A model generated the notes under the pieces. It had not been told where the DNA came from and ran no database searches. It was given only the letters and a program-made list of their open reading frames with translations. A stretch of DNA of 64,000 bases from NCBI RefSeq assembly GCF_006345805.1, contig NC_043009.1, positions 46,190,001 to 46,254,000 on the forward strand, written 5' to 3'. Every line of letters begins with the position of its first letter. The stretch's first letter is position 1. The stretch comes from Octopus sinensis. Taxonomy: Eukaryota. Below are positions 39,091-51,387 of the stretch, in pieces. A program made the position numbers and the translations under genes.

Positions 39091-39216
39091 ACAAGATGAT
39101 GCCTCTGTTATATATCTGCCGCAGGAATATTCGTAAACTGCTTGGTCGTACGCTTCTGTCTGCAGTTCCGTTTCTTGGTTTGCCAAAATGTTTACAGAAT
39201 TATTTACTTTATGCAG
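39091..39216 (+). CDS. Coding exon 3: SOCS box
   Basis: Acceptor GTATTTCTAG|AC in phase 1, matching exon 2. Encodes (D)KMMPLLYICRRNIRKLLGRTLLSAVPFLGLPKCLQNYLLYA, with BC box P-L-x3-C-x3-I and Cul5-box-like LGLPxxLxxYL. Donor CAG|GTAAGT. Confidence 0.9.
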
Positions 39217-39536
39217 GTAAGTCAAATAATATCTGTATGCTTGCCTGTCCATTTGTTTGTGTCTATAAAACCATCCATCCATGTACATCTCTCTCTCTCT
39301 TTATCTGTCTGTTTCTTTCTCTGTCTCGCTGCATGTACTAGCAGGAGAAAAAGCACTGACTACATTAAATAGAATGTATTTATTCATTTGAAAGTGATGA
39401 GTTACTCACCAACCATTCTGTCACTTTTGTACGTTCTGACAGATGTGTGAATCTTAGAATGGCAGTGGAGTGGATCACCAACTTCAAATAAATGACTCTG
39501 CACATGCACGTATGCATGTGCGCACACGCACACACA

Positions 39537-41610
39537 CATCATCATCATCATCATCTTTTAATGTCTGTTTTCCATGCTGGCTTGGGTTCTATGGTTTAAC
39601 AGGAACTGATGGGCTGCACCAGGTTCTGTAGCCTGTTTTGATATGGTTTCTACAGCTGGATGCCCTTTCTAGTACCAACCATTTTACAGAGTGTACTGGC
39701 TGCTTTTAACTTAGCACTGTCACCAGGGATTTTTACATGGCACTATTACTTTTTACATGGCATCAGCACCAATACTTTTTATTTGACACTAAAACCAGTG
39801 CTTTTTGGTGGAATCGGCACCAGTGCTTTCATGTGGAATCGGCACCAGTGCTTTCATGTGGAATCGGCACCAGTGCTTTCATGTGGAATCGGCACCAGTG
39901 CTTTCATGTGGAATCGGTACCAGTGCTTTTTATGTGGCAATCAGTACCATGGCCAATGCTTTTTATATTGTACCTTGATTTTAGGATACCAATTCTGTTG
40001 TGATGATCAGGTTTCCTTGTACAGCCATGCACCACATTTCTCAGTCCTCTTTCATTTTCATAAGGCTCAGCATTTTGTCCCATATCTTCTGGGTCTCCTT
40101 CTTCCTCAACTTCTCTCCAGTTTAAGTAATTGGCACTTGCTTATGCAGCTGTCCTCATCCATCCGTATCATGTGACCAAACTAGCACAATCTCCTCTTTT
40201 GCACACTGCATCTAATTCTTCTTATGCCAAGCTTTTCCCTCAATACACTAGTGCTCTGTTGCACATGTACACTGACATTGCACATCAAGCAGAGCATACC
40301 AGATTCTTTTCTCTCTAGTCTCTTCATGTCCTCTACATGTGGGGCCCATATCTCACTACCATGTAGCATTGCAGTTTGCACACATGCATTATACAATCTT
40401 CTTTTCACTCTGTGAGTGAAAGAGAGGTAAAAGCTCTCTGAACGTTTTCCATCCTATTCTTATTCTAGCAATTATACTTTCTGTACAACATCTTCCACTG
40501 CTAATTAGGTTACCTAAGTAGCAGAAAATATCTACAACTTCCAGAGAGCCTCTGGGACATTTGAGGAAATTGGTTTCCTGTGTTCTCTGTGGTCTTTTAT
40601 GGCTCCTATACATATTCCACATACAAACCCCACTTTCTTAATCTTCCTACTATTTCACAGCACCTCTTGTGTGTCTATAGCTTTCACTTGGTACATTGAA
40701 TTGAATTTCTGCCTACATCCTTCTTACATACCAAGCAGAGCCTTTTACCTGAAGGGTGAAAGGTTCTGTACAATTTCTTGCTTACTAGGGCCTTGATCTT
40801 TGCTAAGTTAACTTCAAGAACCTTTGATTTCAAGTTCTGTTTCCACACCTGGAATTTCTTTTCTAATTCTGTTACAGAATCTGCTATGAAAGTCAGGCCA
40901 TCACCATATAGTAGTTTCCATGAGCTTAAATTCATCTGGTATGGCTTGGTTGAATTGGAGGGGCTGAGGACCAAGCCTTGGTGAACTCCTACCTGTACAC
41001 CAAATTCATCACATGGCTAACTACTATCTTACTAACAGCACCATTGTACATAGCCTGCATTACTTTCACACGCCATTCATCTACCCTTAGCTTCCTCAGA
41101 GACCACCATATTATATAGTGAGGTACTCTGTCAAAAGCTTTCTCTAGATCAACAAATGCCTTTAGCTGAATACTTATCTTGCAGTTGCCTGACTTTGAAA
41201 ATAATATCAGTGGTGCTTCTCAGAAATATGCAAAATTAATCTAATTCTGTCTCTAAATAACTGTCTCTTCACAACTTTCATTGCCTGGTTCAGTAATTTG
41301 ATGCCTCCATAATTAAGTCTTTCTGAGGCATCTCCCTTCTCGCAACAGTCTCTAAGGATTATGCTTTCCTGAATAACCTGATTAACTATACACGTGACTA
41401 AGCCATATCCAACTTAACCAGCAGTGAGTCCTGATGGCCCAGGAGCCATCCCTGTCTTCATATCTTTAATTGCCTTATCTAACATGCTGCTATCAACTAG
41501 GATAGCTGCTCCCTCTGTTGGGTTCACATGAGGGAGACTTCCTTTCTCCCATTCATTCTCCACATTTAATAGCCCTTCAAAGTAGTTCTTCCAAAGGAAG
41601 AATTAAAATA
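39537..41610 (-). mobile_element. Older, heavily decayed RTE-type LINE, antisense in intron 3
   Basis: Fragments KLLYGDGLTFIADSVTELEKKFQVWKQNL, LEVVDIFCYLGNLISSGRCCTESIIARIRIGW and RRLYNACVQTAMLHGSEIW. (CAT)n at the left end. Confidence 0.85.
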
Positions 41611-43212
41611 TGTCTAAGTTAAGAAATAGATATGCAGGATCTCCATATTTGTCTGAAAAGTGATTATCTCCCATTTGGTGACATATTTCCTGCCAGGGCA
41701 AGCCAGACTGGCTCCCATGCAGGTAGCACATAAAAACACTTTTTGAGCTTGCTCATTGCCAGAACTGCCTGACTGGCCTTCATGCTGGTGGCACGTAAAA
41801 GTACCCACTACACTCTTGGAATGGTTGACGTTAGGAAGGGCATCCAGCTGTAGAAACTTTGCCAGATCAGATTGAGCGTGGTGCAGCCTCTGGCTCATCA
41901 GTCCTCAGTAAAACTGTCCAACCCATGCCAGCATGGAAAGCAGACATAAAAGGATGATGATGATGATGAATCACCATTTGCAACCTGTTTTCAATGCTGG
42001 CATGGGTTGAATGAGGCTTGACAGGAGCTGGCAAGACAAGACTACACTAAGCTCCACTGCTTTGGCATGGTTTTTATGGCTGGATGCCCTTCCTAACGGC
42101 AACCACTTTACAGCCTAGACCAGGTGCTTTTCACATGGCACCAGAACTGGCGAAGTATCTTTTGCATGGTTTTTATGGATGAATGCCCTTCCTAATGCCA
42201 ACCACTTTACAGAGCAGGCTGGGTCGTTTAAACATGGCATCATCAATGGTGTGGTCTGCCACACCAAATGCCAACTATCTTGTGATAGTATAAAGAATCA
42301 ATATTTAGAAATTCATAAGCATTCATACTTTTTTAAAAGATGTATATGAGCGAGTGTGTGTGTTATTTAAATATTTGGTAGGACATATGAGTGAGAGGGA
42401 GAGAACTCAATACATGAACATATGTATATATATTGTTTTATTACTTTTAGTCTTTAAAAAGTAGAAAGTTGCTTTCTGTTGATTAAAAAGTAATTAGAAA
42501 TTAAGAAATCTGAATAGATATTTTCTATATCTTTTGTTACCGCAATCTGTTTTACTTTCAGTTTGACTGCAGCAACCTTGGCAAATGAAACAAGTTGGTG
42601 AAACCAATGCTTAATCTTTGACTGCTGGATCTGAAGGCAGATCTTATCAAAAGCCTAACTGCAAATCAAAGGCATCATTATTATTTTTTTTTAAACATTT
42701 TTTTACTGGTAATTTATTAAATTATTTATTTTTCATATTTGAACAATTTTTTTTTCTTTTACCTTGGACTTTGGTGAAAAGGAAATGCTCAACTTTAATG
42801 TAAATGGTCTATCTTTTTCATTTTTTTTTTTTTGATATGTGAATTTACTGTTGCCAAATTTTACCAAAATTTGGTACAAATTGTAAATATCTGTACAAAG
42901 AAATGAGAACAAAAAAATTACTCATGAAAGAGAAACTATCTTCAATTAAAATACTAATTTATTTATTTCACTTTTCTGTCAGCAGTAAATATATATATAT
43001 ATAATATGTGTGTGTGTTTGTTTGTTGAAGAACAGCACCTTTCACTATATATTTTGCCTCCAATCTTTATTCATAGTTTCAGTATCTTTAAATTCTGTGA
43101 GACGAAGGATCCTGTGAAGGAAAAAAATAGAACTAATCATATTTTATGTTACATTCAGGTAGCAACCCTATCCGAAATTTAGTATCTACAATAGCATTAA
43201 ATTATTTTCTAG

Positions 43213-43251
<39 letters not shown>

Positions 43252-43326
43252 CATAAGTCATGTAAGAGACCATAAGTCAGGAAAATATATATATATTTAC
43301 ACACACACACACACACACAACTGCTG

Positions 43327-43378
<52 letters not shown>

Positions 43379-43467
43379 CGTGTGTATAGGTCATATAAGA
43401 TACCATAAGTTAGGAAAAAAATATATATATATTTACACACACACACGCACACACACAAAACTGCTAG

Positions 43468-43504
<37 letters not shown>

Positions 43505-44159
43505 AGAGTAACATAGTTATTACCCATCTGATTATAGCATTTATGACTTGCTTTCACAAAATAAATACATTCATTCACCATTGTGAATACTTTATTTTAA
43601 TCTTTATTTCACTTCTGAACTATTTATGTTATTAAAAATGAGTGATATATATTTAATATCTTCGCACTATTACCAAAACACTCATATATAAAAAAACAAC
43701 TCCTTGTTGTTTTTAAAATGTTCTTCAGATGACTCCTCCCACCACTTATAAATAAATAAAATGACAATAAAAACAACAAATACTGTTGAAAGACTTGACA
43801 GAATGTTTGTATTGAAGAAAATATCTAATTGATACTCAAAACTTTAACACTGTTTTATACATATGATCTCTATTGAAGCTGAGCTTTACTTTGTTTTTAC
43901 TGAATATATTTTATTTTATATTCCACCACCTTCATCCCCATCACTCAGGTTGTATTTTGCATTCACAAAGTATCAGAAATTAAATGTGATCATATCTAAT
44001 TTTGTTTATTAATTCAAACTAGTTTCTCTTTACCTTTATGATATATCACTTTCGTTTACCGAAAGTTATTTATGAATGATTCTAACCAATAGATAAATGG
44101 CAGGAGACAAAAACTATTTGATACGACAGTGTTGTTTTTTTCTCTTATGTTTCACTCAG

Positions 44160-44170
44160 GTATACTGTGA
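44160..44170 (+). CDS. Probable terminal coding exon (G-I-L-stop) followed by 3' UTR
   Basis: Long pyrimidine tract GTTGTTTTTTTCTCTTATGTTTCACTCAG|GTATACTGTGA. Phase 1 completes ...YAGIL*. AATAAA at 44358. Other acceptors at 43159 and 43949 cannot be excluded. Confidence 0.55.
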
Positions 44171-46014
44171 GCTCTGGAACGGTTAATGACCGGTGTGGCT
44201 TGTTATGACTCAAGATGTGGTAGATTTTGAAATTTAACTGATAATAATGGTATCGGAGCAAATGACATTGTGATAATACACTCCTAAATATTGCAATTAG
44301 CTATTAACTATTGGGGCAACAACCTATGAAGATAATTTCAAGTGTCATCAATGATGAAATAAAAGAACGGGGGTGGGTTGACGACATACTGCGATAAACT
44401 TACATATAAAAGCAGCTCTTTGATAACAATAAAGAAAAAGTCTGACTTACAGCCATTAATAATTTTACGAGGTCGAGTAGTAGTGCTAGCAACACAATGA
44501 GCAATTGCGAAATATCACTTTAAAAGCTCTTTTATGTGCAAGATAGGCATAAAACGAAACCATTAAAAATGAAGAGAAAAAAGAGAAAGTGAAATTTTAA
44601 GCACACACTTTATAGAGAACATCCAGTGGGCTGTTGCTAAAACAGATAGACTAATCAATAAACTAATTTCCAATGAGATTAAAAGAAATATCTAAATTTA
44701 ATTTAATTTTCCTTTTTATGTTCCTTCTTTCAATGTGGAAGAGTTTTCAAAGCTTAATATAGAATTTAGTTTCGTTTATAACGTTACCAAAATTATCTCC
44801 CTTGAATTAATCGAAGGTGTAGTGGTAAAACAGCTTGTTTCGAATTAGTTTTAATTAGAATTAGGTTTCTTAATAAAATTTTCATTTAAAAAAAATTGAA
44901 ATTACTTTATTGTGTGTGATATTTTAAATAGAATTATACATTTTTCATTCATAAACTCTGAATATTCTCATGATCTGGTAAACTTGAATGTAAAATATAT
45001 TTTAAAATGTTCTAAAAATTGTTTGTAAACATTTACACACCTTTTTATATAAAGAATTATGTACACCTCGCTTTGTCTTCGACACTGTTTATTCTTTTTA
45101 TATTGGTCACATGATTTTGACAGGATGGGTGGGGGGTGATTCTTCCGTTAGAATATCCTGGGGTGGGAAGTTTTTTTAATTATGGACAGGGTGAGGTGAA
45201 AACGTACCAACGGTAACCACCTCCCCAAATATAGCCACAACCACACCCTCTGCTGTCTTTGATACAACTACCATCACCGATAGGATCTCTACACAGTCAT
45301 TCGTCCTGCTAGAAATAACAGACGAATCTTTTTTAAATCACATCATACCGTCTTAAATAGAAAGCTATATTGGAACACAGCGTCGGATTTGGATGAGAAA
45401 ATGACAGCTGGGATGCATTTGATCATGTCTGTTCGACATGAGCTGAACTGTGACTAAACAGCAACAACACCGTCTCAACTATAACCCATACAACGCATTT
45501 ATCGTTTATATTTTACTTGGTCCAGTCATTAGACAACGGCCATGCTGGAGCACTTTGAAGAATTTTAGTCAAACGAATCGACCCAGTACGTATTTTTATT
45601 ATAAGCTTGGAACTTATTCTGTTGGTCATTTTTGCCGAATTGCTAAGTTACGGGGACGTAAACACAACATTGCTTGTTAAGTTGTGGTGGGGACAAACAT
45701 ACATACTTACATACATATATACTATACGACGGGCTTCTTTCAGTTTCTATCTAGCAAAACCACTCACAGGGCTTTGGTTTGCTCGTCGCTATAGTAGAAG
45801 GCACTTGCCCAAGATGCCAGTGGGACTAACAATATTATCTATTATTGTAGTTTCAATTAATTTTGGAACCCAATGAGTGTCCATTATATTTATGAATGCA
45901 TGTAGTGTATTTTTATAGTGCATATATATGCATACATATGCATATGTATTTATATGTGTATGTATATGTGTGTGTATGTGTATTTTTGCGTATGTATTCA
46001 CTCGTATGTATGTG

Positions 46015-46048
<34 letters not shown>

Positions 46049-46388
46049 CGTGCATGTATACGTTTATGTGAGTGTATATATATATATATATATATATATT
46101 TGTACATGTGTGTATGTTTATATGAGTATGTGTGTGTGTATTTATGGGTGTATGTATATATTTGTATATATGCTTTTTAAAATTTGTTTACAGGAAACAT
46201 TTTGAATGTGTAGATAAAGCCGGCCAAAGTTTAATGATGCTGACAGGTGAACCGTTTTGGGGTTGCATTGAGTTGTACCGATGTAATGTAGTATAAATAT
46301 AGTAATAACAATAATAACCCTTGGATGGAATTTATAAACATTTAAATGTCTATAAAATCCATCCAAGTATTGTTATTATTACTATATT

Positions 46389-46425
<37 letters not shown>

Positions 46426-46930
46426 GTGTGTGTGTGTATGTTATCTCTCTCTCTCTCTCACTCTCTCTCTCTCTATATATATATATATACATCAAATGAA
46501 ATAAAATGAAAAACAGGACACAAAGGATGTCGCGGTACACATGTTTCGAGCTTTTATAAAACAACTTATCCTTACATCAATGCATAATCGACATAACAGA
46601 TAGTTTGAAAGCCCTCTTCAGCCGCATGCAATTGCTACACCAAAGACTTGTACCACATTATGAAAGGTTTGAGAAAGAACATTTGGTATTATTTATAATG
46701 GTAAGTAAACCGAGTATCACTGGGAAAGTATGTTTGTAAATCTTCATAATCAAATAGGCGTACAGGGTATTATTAGACTCAAAAAAAATCGTCCATTATA
46801 TATATATATATAATGTATGTGTGTATTTGTATATACCGCATTTTAACGTGTATAAAGAACCCTTTTTTGTCAAAAATTAAATTTTAAAAATACGTGAATT
46901 TCTTATACATGGATAGTATTATAGCTATTA

Positions 46931-47311
46931 GTGGAGGCGCAATGGCCCAGTGGTTAGGGCAGCGGACTCGCGGTCATAGGATCGCAGTTTCAATTCGAGT
47001 GTTTATTGAGCGAAAAACACCTAAAAGCTCCACGACACTCCGGCAGGGGATGGTGGTGATCCCTGCTGTACTCTTTCACCACAACTTTCTCTCACTCTTA
47101 CTTCCTGTTTCTGTTGTACCTGTATTTCAAGGGGCCGGCCTTGTCACTCTCTGTGTCACGCTGAATATCCCCGAGAACTACGTTAAGGGTGCACGTGTCT
47201 GTGGAGTTCTCAGCCACTTACACGTTAATATCACGAGCAGGCTGTTCCGTTGATTCGGATCAACCGGAACCCTTATTGTCGTAACTGACGGAGTGCTTCC
47301 ATCCATCCCCA
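46931..47311 (+). mobile_element. SINE family C
   Basis: tRNA-like head. 11-bp TSD TATAGCTATTA at 46920-46930 and 47312-47322. Confidence 0.88.
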
Positions 47312-47832
47312 TATAGCTATTAATAAATTACTTAATTACTCGAACCTCAAATTTCCATGACTTACAACATCGCAAGTCTCAGGCCAACAACATCCAACAG
47401 GTTGCTACGTCCTATTGGATTAGTTGCTGTCCGTTCGTCAAACAACGGCATGCACATAAAGCGAACATCACGAACGACAATCGTTTACCAGACAGTACTT
47501 ACTCGTGCTCACCGAGACTGTTAAATCCGTATTTTTGTATTAGCACTGAATTTCTATGTTGTATTTAAAATTGCGAGCGAACACACAAGTGAAAACATTA
47601 ACACCTTTTTAAAAACTCAAGCCGCATACGGAAGTCATACAACCTATCAGAGACAGCAAGCGTGCTCAATAGCCATATATGGCAATGCAGCTCACACTGA
47701 AAGAGCTGTGAATGTAGCATAACCAAAATATTGAAATTCAACTGAGACACAAACTTAGGTTATTGTCTACTGTTATTTAAATTGATCCTGCATTACTCCT
47801 TTTATAGATCTTTGTTTTCTTTTAGCGTTAAA

Positions 47833-49125
47833 ATGTCCGAGAATGAAAAACGCATTTCATATCCTGCAAATTTAAAATCGAAAGTGATTCAGTTTGCAGA
47901 GGAGCATGGAAATATAGCTGCATCAAGATAGTTTGTGCCGCCTTCTACGGCTGCAATGACTGAACTGTGGAGAAAGCACAAAGATGAACTTTTACATATG
48001 CTAAGGATGAAGAGAGCAGCACGAGGCAAAAAGGCAAGGTGGTAAAATCTGAAGGAAAAACTCAAACACTGAGTCGGAAGACAAATTGGTACATTTATTT
48101 TGACAAAGATCCTCATCGACGAAGGAAGAAGAATTGCTCAGGAGATTTAAAAAAAAAGCGCAAAGAGGATGGAGAAGAGACAATTGATTTTAAAGGCACG
48201 CCTATCTGGTGCTTCCGTTTTATGAAGAGGAATGGTTTGAGTCTAAGGACTAGAACCAAGCTTGCTCAGAAGATACCTGATGCTTATAAAGAAAAGATTC
48301 TTAAGTTTCATTCTTATATCATTAATTTACGCAAGAATACCAACTTTGAATTGCCACATAGCAAAAATGGAAGAAATTCTACTTACCTTTAATGTTCCTT
48401 CCAACAAAACTGTGAATTAAAAAGGGGCCAAAACAGGGGCCATTAAGACAAGTGCGCATGAGAAGACTCATTACACAGTTGTCTTGGCATGCTGTGCTGA
48501 TAGTATCCAGTTGGCCATTTTCAAAAGGAAGACGCTTCCAAAGGAGAAGTTGCCCGAAGGAGCTCTTGCGCTTGTTCAAGCAAAGGGCTGGATGGATCAA
48601 GATGGTATGAAGCTTTGGTTCGAGAACATTTGGAGTAAGAGACCTGGGAACCTTTTTAAGAAGCCATCTATGCTGGTGTTAGATCAGCTCTGGGCACATA
48701 CAACTGATGAAACAAAAAAGTTGGCAAGATTTTAGAAACCCAATTGGCAGTTATTCCTGGAGGCCTTACAAGCTAACTTCAACCTCTGGACGTCAGTATC
48801 AACAAACCATTCAAGGAACTAATGAGAAATGAATGGAGCAAGTGAATGCAAGGGAGTGACTCCAACGTAACACCAACAGAAAAAAGTTAGGAAGCCAACA
48901 GTCAGTGAAGTTTGCGGCCGGGTGAAGAATTCGTGGAATGGTGTGAAGAAAGAAGTGATTGTAAAGGCCTTTAAAAAGTGCGGCATAAGCAACATGGATG
49001 GTACGGAGGATGATGCAATTTACAATGGGGGTGATTCTGATGGTAATGAACTACCGGCAGTTGTATCTGATTATGATGTATTAGATGAGAGTGACGAGGA
49101 ATTTAATGGTTTCTATGATGAATAA
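47833..49125 (+). pseudogene. Disrupted pogo-type transposase (Brinker-like DBD + CENP-B HTH + DDE)
   Basis: MSENEKRISYPANLKSKVIQFAEEHGNIAASR*; WCFRFMKRNGLSLRTRTKLAQK; KGWMD...PSMLVLDQLWAH; IPGGLTS*LQPLDVSINKPFK; acidic C-terminal tail. Multiple stops and frameshifts. TIRs not confidently located. Confidence 0.85.
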
Positions 49126-50953
49126 AAAATATTTTTGATAATACTTGTTAACTGGTGAAGATAATTTATTAATATTCTTCTGAAGGGATTACACGGTAAA
49201 TTTTCGTAAGTTACCCGCACGCATTTCACTAATAAAAAAACAAAAAAACTCGGATTTTTGGGGTGGAATCAAGTACTCTGACCTCCTAATATGCTACAAT
49301 CCCCTTATTTTTGGTTGGAAAAACGATGAAGATTGGACCCCACCATCCCAGAATCATCGGAATTTTTTTTTTCGTTGAATGAATTACGGTGACATTCTAA
49401 TATGCCATAAAACACTTTTTGTTCGGAAAATGGGGGTGGGGTTGGAGTGGAACCCTCAGAAATTTCGCCCCCACCCCCAACATTTTACAGAAATACATTT
49501 TCGAGAGTGTGGATTACATAAGATTGAAAATTCAAACAACTTTACACGTTAAAATACGGTATATATTGTTGCTATTATGCATAAGTGTCGTAAGTCCAAA
49601 ACGTTGCTTCTTCAGAAAAGGAAAAAATAGTTTCACCATTTCATTTCATTTTACATTAGCAACAGTTTCAGCTTAACAATAATACCTTGTTGGGTGCCTA
49701 AAATCGTAACTCCATGCATGTATCATATTTTCAGTCAGAAACATTTTTGCAAAATTGTCGTATGTGGGGCTTACTACACTTTTGAAAAATGCTAAACCGT
49801 TGTACTACACTTTGACAAATTTCAATTGAGGCAGCTGGAGATACGATAGTTTGACCAAAAGAACCGGTCATTGCAAGCAAAATTAAATATTGAAAAAAAA
49901 AAACGCATTTGGTCAAATTTGGACATACGTCAGTTTAACATAATAGCAACGATATATGCACATTTGTGTGTGTATGTATATATATATATATTTGTATATT
50001 TATGTATATTTGTATATATATGTATATTTGTGTGCTAAATGCACACATGGCTGAAAGCGGGTTAGGGAGACAAAATTAAAAATACCTCACGTTAACTGTG
50101 AATTCGTTCCAGTTTCTAGATTAAAGCAAAACTTAAGCCTCCTTCCTTTGTCAACACAATACGCGGATAGGAGAAATATAAGCCCAAATAATTGTCTATA
50201 ACATCCAAAGCAAGTTCACACGTCTACATACAAATATTTGCACATATAGATCCAAGGAAAGTCACTTTTAAATCCCCCTCACGACAGCCAACGTGTATAT
50301 TATAGGAATAGTCAAGCAGTAAATGCTATTTCGGTCCGGAGTAAAAATAATTAAGTTATATTATCTAAATTATTTATTAATTCATAAAAGAATTGATAAA
50401 TATATATATATTAAGTATTCATATGTGCATATATTTATGCATATATATGTATATACATGTATGTGTATGTGTGTATACGTATAATGCATGTATATGCAGT
50501 GCCAGTATGTACGTATGTATGTATGTATGTATGTATGTATGTATGTATGTATGTATGTAGGTATTTCTTAAAATTTTTAACAACCTTTTGACCTAATGAT
50601 TCATAACACAAAGAATAAATATATTTCCTATCCAACACAGTTTCAGTGTCGATTAGGGTGACGATTTTTCACCCGTCTCTCTCTCTTTGTGTTTGCACAC
50701 TCTAACATTTCTCCTTAAGGAGATCAGCCACTTCGAAACAAATCCTTGTAACCCAGAACGACTTGACGAAGCATAATGTGAAAACGTTTGCTGAATCAGT
50801 GTAAAGTCAAATTAACAGAAAATGGTTTAAGTATTCTCTCAATGTCCTGGGCCAGAGCTCACATTAAGCTGGTTCTTCAGTTAGTATTCATCGGAGGTGG
50901 GACGGGGGTGAGTATTCAGTAGTTCGATTAAGTAATTCACCTATTCTTTAAAT

Positions 50954-51105
50954 CAGACGTGGGCAACCTGTGACCCGTTGGAGTTTCTGAATGGCACGTT
51001 TAACAAAGCATTACATTAAATTTTGGATCTTTTTGGTTGTGCGGCTCGCCATATATCGAGTCATGTCTCATTTGCCCATTTCTCATAAAAGTTTACACTT
51101 TCCTG
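50954..51105. mobile_element. hAT-type MITE (152 bp)
   Basis: CAG...CTG termini (CAGACGTGGGCAACC). Perfect 8-bp TSD CTTTAAAT at 50946-50953 and 51106-51113. Confidence 0.8.
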
Positions 51106-51387
51106 CTTTAAATTACCGGAGACTTGGGTAATTTGTCGATAGACACGAGGCCTCTAGTGGTAATTCTCAGACAGAATCAACGTGACAGAGTATGTAACCA
51201 GGTCGAATGGACTTTTGAATTACAGACAGAGTCAGTCCGGTAGAATTCACCACTCGGCTTACCCTGCGAACTGCATCATTCGGCTATCTCTACGAACTTC
51301 ACCTCTTGGCTATCCTTGCTTACATTAGTAAATGCTGCAATAAAAGAGAGGATGGAGAGAAGACAGAGAGTAGCAAGGAAAAAGTTT

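Noticed and set aside
43200-43500. ~135-bp tandem duplication in intron 3
   Set aside because: Mostly compound microsatellite; no evidence of function.
43159-43985. Alternative terminal-exon acceptors at 43159 and 43949
   Set aside because: Weaker pyrimidine tracts than 44160; not excluded, but unsupported without RNA data.
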